A program made the position numbers and the translations under genes. Shown here in pieces: positions 19,178 through 29,009 of a stretch of DNA of 64,000 bases (positions within the stretch are counted from its first letter, which is position 1; the number at the start of each line of letters is the position of its first letter). The DNA lies in the NCBI GenBank assembly GCA_963717505.1, contig OY970342.1, positions 672,001 through 736,000 of the forward strand. Reading direction: 5' to 3'. The DNA comes from Candidatus Eiseniibacteriota bacterium (GTDB taxonomy: Bacteria; Eisenbacteria; RBG-16-71-46). The notes under the pieces were generated by a model. It saw nothing but the letters and a program-made list of their open reading frames with translations. It made no database searches and was not told where the DNA came from.

Positions 19178-21165
19178 CCTGGCTCGCCGCGGCCGCCGCA
19201 TGGTGGGTGTTGGGAGCTGCCCTCAGTTGGGTGCTGCAGAGCCGGCGGTCGGCATCCAGCGGTATCGCCGTGGTCACGACCGTCCTGGGCGCCGCCTGTC
19301 TGGCGGTCGCGGCGTTGCAGGGCTTCTCCGGCGGGGTCCGTGAATGGGAAGGTGCGTGGTCCCTGCCCTTTGGACCGGTGGCGCTGCGCCTCGATCCAAT
19401 TACCGCCGTGTTCCTGATGCCGATCGCGGTCATCGGCGCTCTCGGCAGCGTCTATGCCCCCGCCTACGGGAGATTGGGTCACGGCGATGGCCGGCTTCCG
19501 ATCCAGCTTGCGGCGTTCGAGCTGCTGCTGGCCAGCATGGCGCTCGTGGTGGTCGCCGCCAACACCGTGCTGCTACTCCTCGCCTGGGAATTGATGACGA
19601 TCACGTCGTGGTATCTGCTGTCGAGCGATCACCACGTTCGCGAGGTCCGCGCGGCCGGCCTCAACTACCTCATCGCCGGCCACGTCAGTGGTGGGGCACT
19701 CGCGCTCCTGTTCGTCCTCATGGCCGAGGCGAGTGGGGGCTGGCGAGTGCCGCTGTTGCCGATTGCGTTCGCCGGGATTGGCGCCCCAGTACCGGCGGCC
19801 TTCTTCGTGCTGGCGCTGATCGGCTTCGGCACCAAGGCTGCCGTCGCCCCGTTTCACGTCTGGCTGCCTGATGCTCACGCTGCGGCGCCGAGCCACGTCT
19901 CGGCGCTCATGTCCGGCGTGCTCATCACGCTCGGCTTCTATGGCATCGTGCGTTTCGTGCCCGTGCTCGGGCCCGAGACCCGGGCCTCGGCCATGGTTCT
20001 CATGGCCCTCGGCGCGATGGGTGCGTGCGGCGGCATCGTGATGGCGCTCAGCCAGAGCGACGTCAAACGGGCGCTGGCCTACTCCACGATCGAGAACGCC
20101 GGATTGATCGCGCTGAGCATCGGTGCGGCACTCCTGGCTACGGCCGCCGGGCAACCTCTGGTCGCCGCCCTGGCGTGGAGTGCCGCGCTGCTTCACGTCT
20201 GGAACCACGCGGTGGCCAAGGGGCTCTTGTTCTTCGCCGCCGGCGCCATCGCGGCGATCGTTGGCAGCCGCGACCTCGAGCGTTGGGGTGGACTCCTGCG
20301 CCGGCTGCCACTTCTCGGGAGCACGTTGCTGATCGGCGGGGCGGCGCTTGCGGCACTCCCGGGAACCCATGGATTCGCGAGCGAGTGGTTGTTGCTGCTG
20401 TCGCTCTTCCGCGGCAGTCACGGACTTGCCGGGCCCGATCGGCTGGCGATGCTCCTGGCGGTCGTGGCGGTCACATTCACCGCCGGCGCCGCTCTGGCCT
20501 GCTTCGTCCGCATCGTGGGTATTGGACTGCTCGGCCATCCGCGCAGTTCGGCGGCGGCCGAAGCCCGCTCGCCCGGAGGCGCGGGACTCGCGTTTCCGGT
20601 CACTGTGCTGGCCGGCGCCTGTTTCGCTCTGGTCTTTCTCCTGCGCCCGATGCTGGCGCTCATTGGCCGGGCGGTTGACCAGCTCGCCCCCGGGGCTCCG
20701 CTCGACCAGGTACAGCGCTTGGCATCACCGCTGTCCTGGCTCGCGGCTCTGCCGCCGGTCACCGCGGTCGCTTTCCTCCTCTACCGCGCCTGGCTCGTGC
20801 GCACGCGCTCCATTCGGAAGTCCGTCACCTGGGACTGCGGCTATGCACGCCCCGAGCCTTCCATGCAGTACACGGCAAGCTCGCTGCCACAACCGATCAC
20901 CCAACTGCTGCAACCGGCGCTGCGAACTTCCGTGCGCTGGCGGCCACCCCAAGGGCTGTGGCCGGACGCCATGCACTGGGAGTCGCGAACGCCGGAGCGC
21001 GCACTGGCCGAGTTCTATCGGCCGGCCTTCCTGCGTCTGGCCGAACTCCTCGGCTTCTTCGGGCGACTGCAGGAAGGCCGCGTAATGGTCTACCTGCGAT
21101 ACGTCGGCGTGGCGCTGCTGCTCCTGCTCGTCTGGTTCTTCTGGCCGTCGGAGGGACCGCGATGA
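19174..21165 (+). CDS. hyfB: Hydrogenase-4/Ehr antiporter-like membrane subunit
   Basis: GTGA overlap; GFGTKA..PFHVWLPDAH.AAPSHVSALMSG, KRALAYSTIEN, TWDCGY. Confidence 0.88.
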   Translation: MTWLAAAAAWWVLGAALSWVLQSRRSASSGIAVVTTVLGAACLAVAALQGFSGGVREWEGAWSLPFGPVALRLDPITAVFLMPIAVIGALGSVYAPAYGRLGHGDGRLPIQLAAFELLLASMALVVVAANTVLLLLAWELMTITSWYLLSSDHHVREVRAAGLNYLIAGHVSGGALALLFVLMAEASGGWRVPLLPIAFAGIGAPVPAAFFVLALIGFGTKAAVAPFHVWLPDAHAAAPSHVSALMSGVLITLGFYGIVRFVPVLGPETRASAMVLMALGAMGACGGIVMALSQSDVKRALAYSTIENAGLIALSIGAALLATAAGQPLVAALAWSAALLHVWNHAVAKGLLFFAAGAIAAIVGSRDLERWGGLLRRLPLLGSTLLIGGAALAALPGTHGFASEWLLLLSLFRGSHGLAGPDRLAMLLAVVAVTFTAGAALACFVRIVGIGLLGHPRSSAAAEARSPGGAGLAFPVTVLAGACFALVFLLRPMLALIGRAVDQLAPGAPLDQVQRLASPLSWLAALPPVTAVAFLLYRAWLVRTRSIRKSVTWDCGYARPEPSMQYTASSLPQPITQLLQPALRTSVRWRPPQGLWPDAMHWESRTPERALAEFYRPAFLRLAELLGFFGRLQEGRVMVYLRYVGVALLLLLVWFFWPSEGPR

Positions 21166-22067
21166 GCGCCGCGCTCACCTTCGCGCTCGTGTTGTTGCTC
21201 GCGCCGCTGCTCCCCGCGGTCGCGGCCAGAACCGTGGCGACCCTGACCGGGCGCCGCGGCATCCCATTGCTCCAGCCCTACCGCGATCTGCTCCGCCTGC
21301 TCGGCAAGGGCCTGGTCTACAGCGAGGTGGCGACCTGGGTGTTCCGCCTGGCGCCCATGGTCTGGGTGGGCGGCGCCGTCGGCGCCGCGGCATTGATCCC
21401 GCTCGACGGACGGTCCGCCGTGGTGCAGTTCCCGGGCGATCTCGTGCTCTTCACCGGGCTATTGGCGCTCGGCCGCTTTGCTCTGACGCTTGCGGCACTC
21501 GATACCGGCTCGAGCTTCGAGGGAATGGGAGCGAGTCGCGAGCTGCTGATCGGCGTCCTGGCCGAACCCGTCCTGTTCCTCGGCTTGCTCACGCTCTCGA
21601 TCGCCACCGGTGGCAGCTCGCTCTCCGAGCTGCTCGGCTCTCCGGTGGGCCCGGCCTGGGCGCACGCTGGCGCGTCGCTGATCATGGTCGCGTTGAGTCT
21701 GGGAATGCTGCTCCTGGCCGAGGCCGCTCGTGGTCCGATCGACGACCCTTCGACGCATCTCGAGCTGACCATGATCCACGAGGTCATGGTGCTCGATCAC
21801 AGCGGCCCCGATCTCGCTTTGATCCTCTACGGCAGCGCGCTCCGTTTCGCACTGTTCGCCGCTTTGCTCGTGACGCTCGTCTGGCCGGGAACCGATCTCA
21901 CGGAGCTTGCGGCCGCCGGCCGCCTGGGCCTTGGACTCCTGGGAGTGGCGGTGGTCGTCGGCGTGGTCGAATCTTCCATGGCTCGGCTACGCATGATCCG
22001 AATCCCGCAGTACCTGGTGAGCGCCGGCGTGTTGGCAAGCCTCGGCGCGCTCCTGCTCTTGCGCTAG
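21162..22067 (+). CDS. hyfC: Hydrogenase-4/Ehr NuoH-like membrane subunit
   Basis: GRRG.PLLQPYRDL, LDTGSSFEGMGASRE, DDPSTHLELTMIHE. Confidence 0.9.
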   Translation: MSAALTFALVLLLAPLLPAVAARTVATLTGRRGIPLLQPYRDLLRLLGKGLVYSEVATWVFRLAPMVWVGGAVGAAALIPLDGRSAVVQFPGDLVLFTGLLALGRFALTLAALDTGSSFEGMGASRELLIGVLAEPVLFLGLLTLSIATGGSSLSELLGSPVGPAWAHAGASLIMVALSLGMLLLAEAARGPIDDPSTHLELTMIHEVMVLDHSGPDLALILYGSALRFALFAALLVTLVWPGTDLTELAAAGRLGLGLLGVAVVVGVVESSMARLRMIRIPQYLVSAGVLASLGALLLLR

Positions 22068-22070
22068 ATC

Positions 22071-22712
22071 ATGATCCCACTCTCCGAAGCCTTGCTGCTC
22101 CTGGTCCTGCTCGGCAACTTCGCGGTGCTGGCTGCGAGCCGACTCACGTTCACCATCCGCGCCACCGCCTTCCAGGGCGTGCTGCTGGGCTTGCTGCCGC
22201 TGGCGATTCACCCGCCATGGCACGCCGAGAATCTCCTGCTGGCGGGAGGCACGCTGGTCGTGAAGGGCCTGGTGCTGCCCAACGTGCTGTTGTGGGCGAT
22301 GCGCGAGGCGGCGGTGCGGCGTGAGGTGGAGCCGAGCCTCGGACCGCTCAGCTCGGTGGCTGCGGGCGTGGTGGCGCTCGGACTGTCGTTGGCCATCGGC
22401 AACCATCTGCCGGCACTCGACCCCAACCTGCCACGCTTGCTGATGGCGACGTCGCTGGCCACGGTTCTTTCCGGCTTCATCGTCCTCATGACACGGCGCA
22501 AGGCGATGACCCAGGTCGTCGGCTACCTGATGCTCGAAAACGGCGTCTACATCTTCGGCATGATCCTCGCCGGACGAGTGCCCCTGTTGGTGGAACTGGG
22601 TGTGCTCCTCGATCTGCTGGTCGGCGTGTTCATCATGGGGCTCGTGGTGTTCCATATGAACCGCGAGCTCGAATCGCTCGACTCGACGCGGCTCTCGGAG
22701 TTGCGGGAGTGA
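22071..22712 (+). CDS. hyfE: Hydrogenase-4/Ehr membrane subunit E
   Basis: QVVGYLMLENG and LVELGVLLD motifs; position in the operon. Confidence 0.88.
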   Translation: MIPLSEALLLLVLLGNFAVLAASRLTFTIRATAFQGVLLGLLPLAIHPPWHAENLLLAGGTLVVKGLVLPNVLLWAMREAAVRREVEPSLGPLSSVAAGVVALGLSLAIGNHLPALDPNLPRLLMATSLATVLSGFIVLMTRRKAMTQVVGYLMLENGVYIFGMILAGRVPLLVELGVLLDLLVGVFIMGLVVFHMNRELESLDSTRLSELRE

Positions 22713-24133
22713 GCCTCCTCGCGCTTCTCCTGGTGCCGATCGGTGGGGCGGCGGTCGCAGCACTCGATCCGCTGCGCGCGCGTCGCCTGGTCTGGCTGGT
22801 CCTCGCGGCGGCGGCGCATCTCACGCTGCTCGGTCTCGCCTGGGCGGGGCGGCTTGGAGACTCGGCGGTGCTGTGGCTCACCTTCGACCCGCTCGGCGGC
22901 CTGACGTTGACTCTGGTCAGCGTCGTGTTCCTGGCGGTCGCGGTCTACAGCGCCGCCTACCTGAGGAGCCAAGTGCCGCGCGGTGGTCGCGCCTATGAGG
23001 CGTGTCTGCTCGGCTTCCTGGGGTCGGCATCGGTCGTGTGCCTGACCGATCACTTCGGCGCACTTTGGGTGGCCATGGAAGCCACCACGCTTGCGACCGC
23101 GCCGCTCATCTACGATCCGCGCGACCGGCACTCGATCGAGGCGGTGTGGAAGTACCTACTCATCTGCTCGGTCGGCATCGCGCTGGCGCTGCTCGGCACC
23201 TTCCTGCTCGCACTCGCGCAAGGCGTGGCAACGGATGCCCCGAACCTGCTCCGGTCGTCGCTGGTCGCCGGGGTCGGACTGCACCCGGTGTGGTTCAAGG
23301 CGGCCTTCGTGTTTCTCTTCATCGGCTACGGCACCAAGGCCGGGCTCGCGCCCATGCACACCTGGCTCCCCGACGCCCACGGAGAAGCTCCGTCTCCGAT
23401 CTCGGCCCTGTTGTCGGGTGCGCTGATCAATGTCGCGTTCCTCGCCATTCTGCGCGTCGTCCAGGTCGGGTACGCGGCCGGCCAGCAGGCATTGCTCTCA
23501 CCGGTGTTGATCGGCTTCGGTCTGGGATCCGTCCTGCTGGCCACCGCCCTCTTGCTGCGACAAACCAACTACAAGCGCATGCTGGCCTACTCGAGCATCG
23601 AGCACATGGGAATTCTCGCGATCGGCTGCGGGCTGGGTCAGGCCGCCACCTACGGCGCCCTCCTGCACATGCTCGGGTCCTCGTTGTGCAAGGCGCTGCT
23701 CTTCCTGGTCGCGGGCACCATCCTGATCGAGTACCGCTCGAAGCGGATCGCCGACGTGTCCGGCCTGCTCCAGCGCTTGCCCGTGTCCGGCGCTCTGTTT
23801 CTGGCGGGATTCTTCGTGCTGGTCGGCGCTCCGCCGTTCCCGTTGTTCTTCAGCCAGCTCGCGATCCTCCGGGGCGCGTTCCAGGCCGGCCAGCCTTGGG
23901 TGGCTGCCGGCATGGTGGCGATGCAACTGGTCGCGTTCATCGGTCTCGGCGTACGAGTCGTCTCGATGGTTCAGGGTGAATCCACGGCGGTCGGCCCTCG
24001 CCCCCGCGAGAGCGCATGGCTTCACGCGTCCCCCGCGGCGTTGCTGGTGGTTGCGCTCATGGTGGGTCTCGCGCCCTCGATCCAAGGGGTTTTGGCGGCT
24101 GCCGCCGCGACGCTGGGAGGCACGGCGCCATGA
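22709..24133 (+). CDS. hyfF: Hydrogenase-4/Ehr antiporter-like membrane subunit F
   Basis: WVAMEATTL, EAVWKY, GYGTKAGLAPMHTWLPDAH, KRMLAYSSIEH. Confidence 0.9.
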   Translation: MSLLALLLVPIGGAAVAALDPLRARRLVWLVLAAAAHLTLLGLAWAGRLGDSAVLWLTFDPLGGLTLTLVSVVFLAVAVYSAAYLRSQVPRGGRAYEACLLGFLGSASVVCLTDHFGALWVAMEATTLATAPLIYDPRDRHSIEAVWKYLLICSVGIALALLGTFLLALAQGVATDAPNLLRSSLVAGVGLHPVWFKAAFVFLFIGYGTKAGLAPMHTWLPDAHGEAPSPISALLSGALINVAFLAILRVVQVGYAAGQQALLSPVLIGFGLGSVLLATALLLRQTNYKRMLAYSSIEHMGILAIGCGLGQAATYGALLHMLGSSLCKALLFLVAGTILIEYRSKRIADVSGLLQRLPVSGALFLAGFFVLVGAPPFPLFFSQLAILRGAFQAGQPWVAAGMVAMQLVAFIGLGVRVVSMVQGESTAVGPRPRESAWLHASPAALLVVALMVGLAPSIQGVLAAAAATLGGTAP

Positions 24134-25641
24134 GTGGCGTGATGGGACCGATGCTCCGCAATCGTTGGGCGATGGCGTGGAGCGACGTGCCGCTGCTCGG
24201 CGCCGGCGCATTCCGCGAGCAGGTCCTCCATGCGATGCGCGACGGCGCTCGACTTTGCCAGCTGTTCGGGGTCCCCGAGACCGGCCGGGAAACCCGCGTC
24301 GTGGCCGTGCTGGCCGACGACGGTGCCGGGCGCCTGGGCGTGCTGTCCACGCTCGTCACCGATGCTTATCCGGCGCTCACCCCCGACTGCCCTTCGGCGC
24401 ATGGTTTCGAACGCGAGCTGGCCGAGCAGTGCGGGCTGGTCCCCGACGGCCATCCGTGGCTCAAGCCGTTGCGTCGCCACCCCCCGGATCACTTGCCGCC
24501 CGGCCGGCCGGCCGGGGCCTACGATCGCGAGGCTTACCCGTTCAGCCGCGTGGCCGGGGGCCAGGTCCATGAAGTGGCGGTGGGCCCCGTCCACGCAGGC
24601 GTCATCGAGCCCGGTCATTTCCGGTTCCAGGCCCATGGCGAGGACGTGCTGTTCCTCGAGATCATGCTCGGTTACCAGCACCGCGGCGTCGAGCGCCTGC
24701 TCGAGACCCTGCCGCTCGAACGCGCCGTGCTGGTCGCCGAGTCCATTGCCGGCGATACGGTCGTCGGCCACGCCGAGGCCTTCTGCGGCGCCATCGAGGC
24801 GCTTGGCCGCTGCCAGAAGGGGGTGCGTGCCCAGTCGATCCGCGCGATCGCCCTCGAGCTCGAACGCCTGGCGAACCACTTCGGCGATCTGGGCGCGCTG
24901 GCCGGCGATATCGCCTACGCCCCGGCGGCGGCGTATTTCGGGCGCATGCGCGGCGACTGCCTGAACATGCTGCTGGAACTCTCCGGCAACCGCTATGGCC
25001 GCGGGCTCGTCCGGCCCGGGGGCGTCGGCTTCGACCTCACCCCGGCGATGGCGATGGACTTCGACCGGCGGCTCGGGAACCTCGCTCTGGACGTGGACCG
25101 CATCGGCGCGCTGTTCTTCGAGAACGAGTCGGTCCGGGCGCGGCTCGAAGGGGTTGGCGCGGTGACGCGAGCGGCATGCGAGGAGTTTGGCTTCGTCGGC
25201 CCCACGGCGCGCGCCTGCAACGTGCCCCGCGACGTTCGCCACGATCACCCGTACGGGGCGTTTCGGTTCACGCAGATTCCGGTCGCTACCGCATGGGCCG
25301 GCGACGTCGCGGCGCGGGCGCTGGTGCGCCGTCTCGAGGTGATTCGTTCACTGGAATTCCTGCGCGAGCAGATCGCCCATCTCCCGGCCGGGCGCCTCCG
25401 TCAGCCTCCGGAACATCTACGGCCTAACGAATTCGTGGTCGCCATCACCGAAGGCTGGCGCGGGGAGATCGCGCACGCCGTACTGACCGACGCGAACGGA
25501 CGGATACGTCGCCACAAGGTGAAGGATCCCTCGTTCCACAACTGGTCGGCGCTCGCCCTCGCCATGCAGGGAAATCAGATTTCGGATTTTCCGCTGTGCA
25601 ACAAGAGCTTCAACCTCTCGTACGCCGGCCATGATCTCTAG
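24130..25641 (+). CDS. hyfG: Ehr large subunit (HyfG/NuoCD-like) lacking NiFe-binding cysteines
   Basis: VGPVHAGVIEPGHFRF, GYQHRG.E. The L1 site reads ESIAGDT and the L2 site reads DFPLCNKSFNLSY, so neither has CxxC. Confidence 0.88.
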   Translation: MSGVMGPMLRNRWAMAWSDVPLLGAGAFREQVLHAMRDGARLCQLFGVPETGRETRVVAVLADDGAGRLGVLSTLVTDAYPALTPDCPSAHGFERELAEQCGLVPDGHPWLKPLRRHPPDHLPPGRPAGAYDREAYPFSRVAGGQVHEVAVGPVHAGVIEPGHFRFQAHGEDVLFLEIMLGYQHRGVERLLETLPLERAVLVAESIAGDTVVGHAEAFCGAIEALGRCQKGVRAQSIRAIALELERLANHFGDLGALAGDIAYAPAAAYFGRMRGDCLNMLLELSGNRYGRGLVRPGGVGFDLTPAMAMDFDRRLGNLALDVDRIGALFFENESVRARLEGVGAVTRAACEEFGFVGPTARACNVPRDVRHDHPYGAFRFTQIPVATAWAGDVAARALVRRLEVIRSLEFLREQIAHLPAGRLRQPPEHLRPNEFVVAITEGWRGEIAHAVLTDANGRIRRHKVKDPSFHNWSALALAMQGNQISDFPLCNKSFNLSYAGHDL

Positions 25642-25679
25642 CCCGTGCACGACGTACATGCCGTCGGGAGAACACGACG

Positions 25680-26471
25680 ATGATTAGGATGATCCTGGCG
25701 CGCCTGCGACAAGGCCGGCGCACGATGTCCTTCCCGCCCCCCGACCCCGCGCTGCCCGAGCGTTTCCGCGGGCGTCCGGTGCTCGACGGCGAACGTTGCC
25801 GGGCGGCGACCGAAACCTGTGGCGCACGGCACACGGCGGGCGCCCTGCGTCATGATGCCGGCCGGCCGCCGAGCGTCGACCTTGGGGCATCGCTGTTCTG
25901 TCCCGAGGAGTCGGCCGCGTGTCCCCAGGGGGCCCTGCGTTTCGGCAGCGATTACGCCATGGCGACCCGTACACGCGAAGCACTGGTCACCGGGACCGGC
26001 GAGGTGGCCCTGGCCAACGCACTCGAGGATCGCGCTCGACGGCTGTTCGGCCGCTCTCTGCGACTGCGATCGGTCTCGGCCGGAAGCTGCAATGGCTGCG
26101 AGGCGGAGCTGGTCGCGCTCGGCAACGTCGTCTTCGATCTCGGGCGCTTTGGCGTCCAGTTCGTGGCCTCGCCGCGCCACGCGGACGGAATCGTGATCAC
26201 CGGCGCGGTCAGCCAGAACATGCGGCTCGCCCTGGAGAAGACCTATGCCGCCACCCCCGATCCGAGACTCGTGATCGCCGTCGGCAGTTGCGCCATCAGC
26301 GGCGGCCCGTTTGTCGGGAGCCCCGAAGTCCTCGACGGCGTCCCGTCCGGGATTCCAGTGGATCTCTACGTTCCCGGTTGCCCGCCGCATCCGCTGACCA
26401 TGGTCGACGGATTGCTCCGGCTGCTGGGACGACTCGAGGCGAGAGGTGGGCGCGCTATCCGCGTCGGCTGA
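25680..26471 (+). CDS. hyfI: Ehr small subunit (NuoB/HyfI-like) with degenerate N-terminal ferredoxin region
   Basis: GSCNGCE, SPRHAD, VGSCA and PGCPP supply the four [4Fe-4S] cysteines. Confidence 0.85.
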   Translation: MIRMILARLRQGRRTMSFPPPDPALPERFRGRPVLDGERCRAATETCGARHTAGALRHDAGRPPSVDLGASLFCPEESAACPQGALRFGSDYAMATRTREALVTGTGEVALANALEDRARRLFGRSLRLRSVSAGSCNGCEAELVALGNVVFDLGRFGVQFVASPRHADGIVITGAVSQNMRLALEKTYAATPDPRLVIAVGSCAISGGPFVGSPEVLDGVPSGIPVDLYVPGCPPHPLTMVDGLLRLLGRLEARGGRAIRVG

Positions 26472-27054
26472 CGGCGGTCCGGGCCAGCGCCCGATGCCGA
26501 AAGCAGTCCACGGTGTGGTCGTTGACCATACCCACCGCTTGCATGAACGCGTACATGATGGTCGGGCCGACGAAGCGAAAACCGCGCTTCTTGAGCGCCT
26601 TCGACAGCGCGCTCGCCTCCTCGGTGACCGGAGGAATCTCGCGCAGGGCGCGCCACCGGTTCTGGATCGGCTTGCCGTCCACGAACTCCCAGAGCCACGA
26701 GCTGAAGGTGCCGTGCTCCTCGCGCAGCTCGAGGAAGGCCCGGGCGTTGCCGATCGCGGATTCGACTTTGAGCCGGTTGCGGATGATGCCGGGATCGGCC
26801 ATCAACCGGCGGACGTCGGCGCGCGTGAAGCGGGCGACCTTTTGCGGATCGAATCCGGCGAACGCCTTTCGGTAGCCGGCGCGGCGGTTCAAGATCGTCT
26901 CCCACGACAGCCCGGCCTGGGCGCCTTCCAGGATCAGCATCTCGAACAGCCGGCGGTCGTTGCGCACCGGGACGCCCCACTCGCGGTCGTGGTAGGCGAC
27001 GTAGAGCGAATTCGAGAGCTTGGCCCAGCCGCAGCGACGAGGCGTGGCGCTCAC
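26455..27054 (-). CDS. tag: DNA-3-methyladenine glycosylase I
   Basis: RCGW, YHDREWG, LEGAQAGLSW, FVGPT...MQAVG.VNDH...C; GTGA overlap with the upstream gene. Confidence 0.93.
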   Translation of the reverse strand: MSATPRRCGWAKLSNSLYVAYHDREWGVPVRNDRRLFEMLILEGAQAGLSWETILNRRAGYRKAFAGFDPQKVARFTRADVRRLMADPGIIRNRLKVESAIGNARAFLELREEHGTFSSWLWEFVDGKPIQNRWRALREIPPVTEEASALSKALKKRGFRFVGPTIMYAFMQAVGMVNDHTVDCFRHRALARTAVSRRG

Positions 27055-27866
27055 GGGTTCTGGGGTCGGTCGTAGAGGTATCGAGCCCGCATCAGATGCT
27101 TGAGCGCCCCGCCCTTCCGGCCCAGGGCCTCGAGCAGCAGCGCCAGGTTGTAATGGGCGTCGGCGTACTCGGCATCGAGACTCACCGCCTTTTCGTACGC
27201 GGAAACCGCTTCTGGAACACGTTTCAGGTCCTCGAGCAGGACCGCGAGATTGAACCAAGGCAACGCATCGGACGGCGTGGCGAGGATCGCGGCGCGGTAG
27301 TGGGCTTCGGCGCGGGCCGGGTCGCGCGACTCGCCGTACAGCCGACCCAGGTTCACGTGCGCGTCGGTCATCGCCGGATCGATCTCGAGTGCCCGGTGGT
27401 AGGCCTGAATGGCCTCGGCTCGCGATTCGGACTCCAACTCGCACGCGTGCTCGAACCACTGGAGCGCAGTCAGGTCGGACTCCGCGGCTGATCCCGGGCC
27501 GCGAGCACGTCGGCGCGACGCCGCCTCAGCACGCTGGCGTCGGCTGTTCTCAGCCGCACGTGCGGCAAGTGCGGTGACGTCGAGGACCGGCGCGAAGACC
27601 ACCGTATCGGGCGCATCTCCCCCCGACGCGGCCCCCTCCTGCTCACAGCCGAGGTCCATTAACACCTGTCCCGAGTCGGGCTCCCATCGCGACGCGCCGT
27701 CGCTGGCCACGATGCGTTTGCCGTCGGCGTAGACACTGACGCCGTCGACTTCCGCTTCGGGCAGTTGCGCCTGGAGCGACTTGAGCGCGCGCGCGACGCG
27801 GCGCGCCGGCACGCCGGCCTCGGCCAGATCCTGCGTCGCCTGTTGAACGAGATCCTGAAGCTTCAT
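27051..27866 (-). CDS. Tetratricopeptide repeat protein with MerR-like N-terminal remnant
   Basis: 3-4 TPRs (AY.RALEIDP...DAHVNLG; ADAHYNLA); N-terminal W..DSGQ motif. Confidence 0.8.
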   Translation of the reverse strand: MKLQDLVQQATQDLAEAGVPARRVARALKSLQAQLPEAEVDGVSVYADGKRIVASDGASRWEPDSGQVLMDLGCEQEGAASGGDAPDTVVFAPVLDVTALAARAAENSRRQRAEAASRRRARGPGSAAESDLTALQWFEHACELESESRAEAIQAYHRALEIDPAMTDAHVNLGRLYGESRDPARAEAHYRAAILATPSDALPWFNLAVLLEDLKRVPEAVSAYEKAVSLDAEYADAHYNLALLLEALGRKGGALKHLMRARYLYDRPQNP

Positions 27867-27914
27867 GCCTCCGCCCTTCCTTGGCGGTGGTGGCTCACGT
27901 TGTGAATCCGGCGA

Positions 27915-28778
27915 TCAGCGCCGTGACGCCACCTTCTTCTTGGGCGCCGGCTCGGCGCTGCGCGCCGCCTTGGCCGCCGGCTTCCGGGCCGCCTTGGCGC
28001 CGGAGCCCTTGTGCTCGAGGCTCTGCTTGAGCGCGTCCATGAGATCGATCACCTGAGCCCGTTCGGCGGCCGGCGCCAGGGTGGTGATCTGCTTTCCGGC
28101 GACCTTCTGCTCGACGATCTTCATGACTTCTTCGCGGTGCTCGTCGTGGTACTTGCCGGCGTCGAACTTGTCGTTCGACAGGTCGTTGATCAGGCGCTCG
28201 GCCAGATCCAGCTCGCCGGACTTGATCTTGGCGCCCTCGCCCTTGTCGATCTCGCCGAAGTTGCGCACCTCGTCGGCGTAGTACATGCCGTGCAGCATCA
28301 GACCGTCCTGAGACGGGCGGATCAGCACCAGGTTTTCCTTGCCGCGCATGACGTACTGGGCGACCGCGACCCGCTTCGACTTCTTCATCGCTTCGAACAG
28401 CAGGCGGTAGGCCTTCTCGCCGCCCTCGTCGGGGCCGAGGTAGTAGGTCTTCTCGAAGAAGATCGGGTCTACCTTGTCGAGGGGAACGAACTCCTGAATG
28501 TCGATCATCCGGTTGTTTTCGTGATCGAGCGCTTTGAGTTCCTCTTCGGTGAATCGGACGTACTGCTCCTTCGAGAACTCGAAGCCGCGCACCAGCTGCG
28601 ATCGCTCGAGCACCTCGTTGCACACCGGGCACATCTGCTGCTGCTTGATCCGGTTACCGCATTTCTCGTGCAGCAGGTTGAACGAGACGCTGCCCGAACT
28701 GGCAGCGGAGAACATCTTCACCGGAATGGAGACCAGACCAAACGAAATGGTCCCTGAGCCGATGGAATGGGGCGGCAT
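27915..28778 (-). CDS. ku: Non-homologous end-joining protein Ku
   Basis: GTISFGLVSIPV, IDIQEFVP, YYLGP, VIDLMDALKQSL; basic tail; GGAGG RBS. Confidence 0.95.
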   Translation of the reverse strand: MPPHSIGSGTISFGLVSIPVKMFSAASSGSVSFNLLHEKCGNRIKQQQMCPVCNEVLERSQLVRGFEFSKEQYVRFTEEELKALDHENNRMIDIQEFVPLDKVDPIFFEKTYYLGPDEGGEKAYRLLFEAMKKSKRVAVAQYVMRGKENLVLIRPSQDGLMLHGMYYADEVRNFGEIDKGEGAKIKSGELDLAERLINDLSNDKFDAGKYHDEHREEVMKIVEQKVAGKQITTLAPAAERAQVIDLMDALKQSLEHKGSGAKAARKPAAKAARSAEPAPKKKVASRR

Positions 28779-29009
28779 GGCGGTTTCCTCCTGCCCGATC
28801 GGGGCGTGCGGACCCAAGAATACACCACGCCCAGGAGTTGCTCACCCCACGCCCGCCCCCGCGGCGATCGGGGCTCGGCCCGCTTCAGCAGCGCCGAAGC
28901 GCCGCCAGACACACTTCGACCGGGGCCTTACCGGGGCGGCAAGGGTTGGGATATCCTTCTTGCCTTCCTTTCCGATCGGATTCTCGGGATCGACACTTTG
29001 GGAGAGTTC

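Noticed and set aside
24130-25641. Functional [NiFe]-hydrogenase / formate hydrogenlyase with the FDH
   Set aside because: Both Ni-binding CxxC motifs are missing and no maturation genes are seen. The FDH is about 23 kb away and has its own NADH module.
28780-29009. Cobalamin riboswitch upstream of the TonB receptor
   Set aside because: Only a small imperfect hairpin is present; no recognisable B12-box or GGGAA/GCCACUG core.
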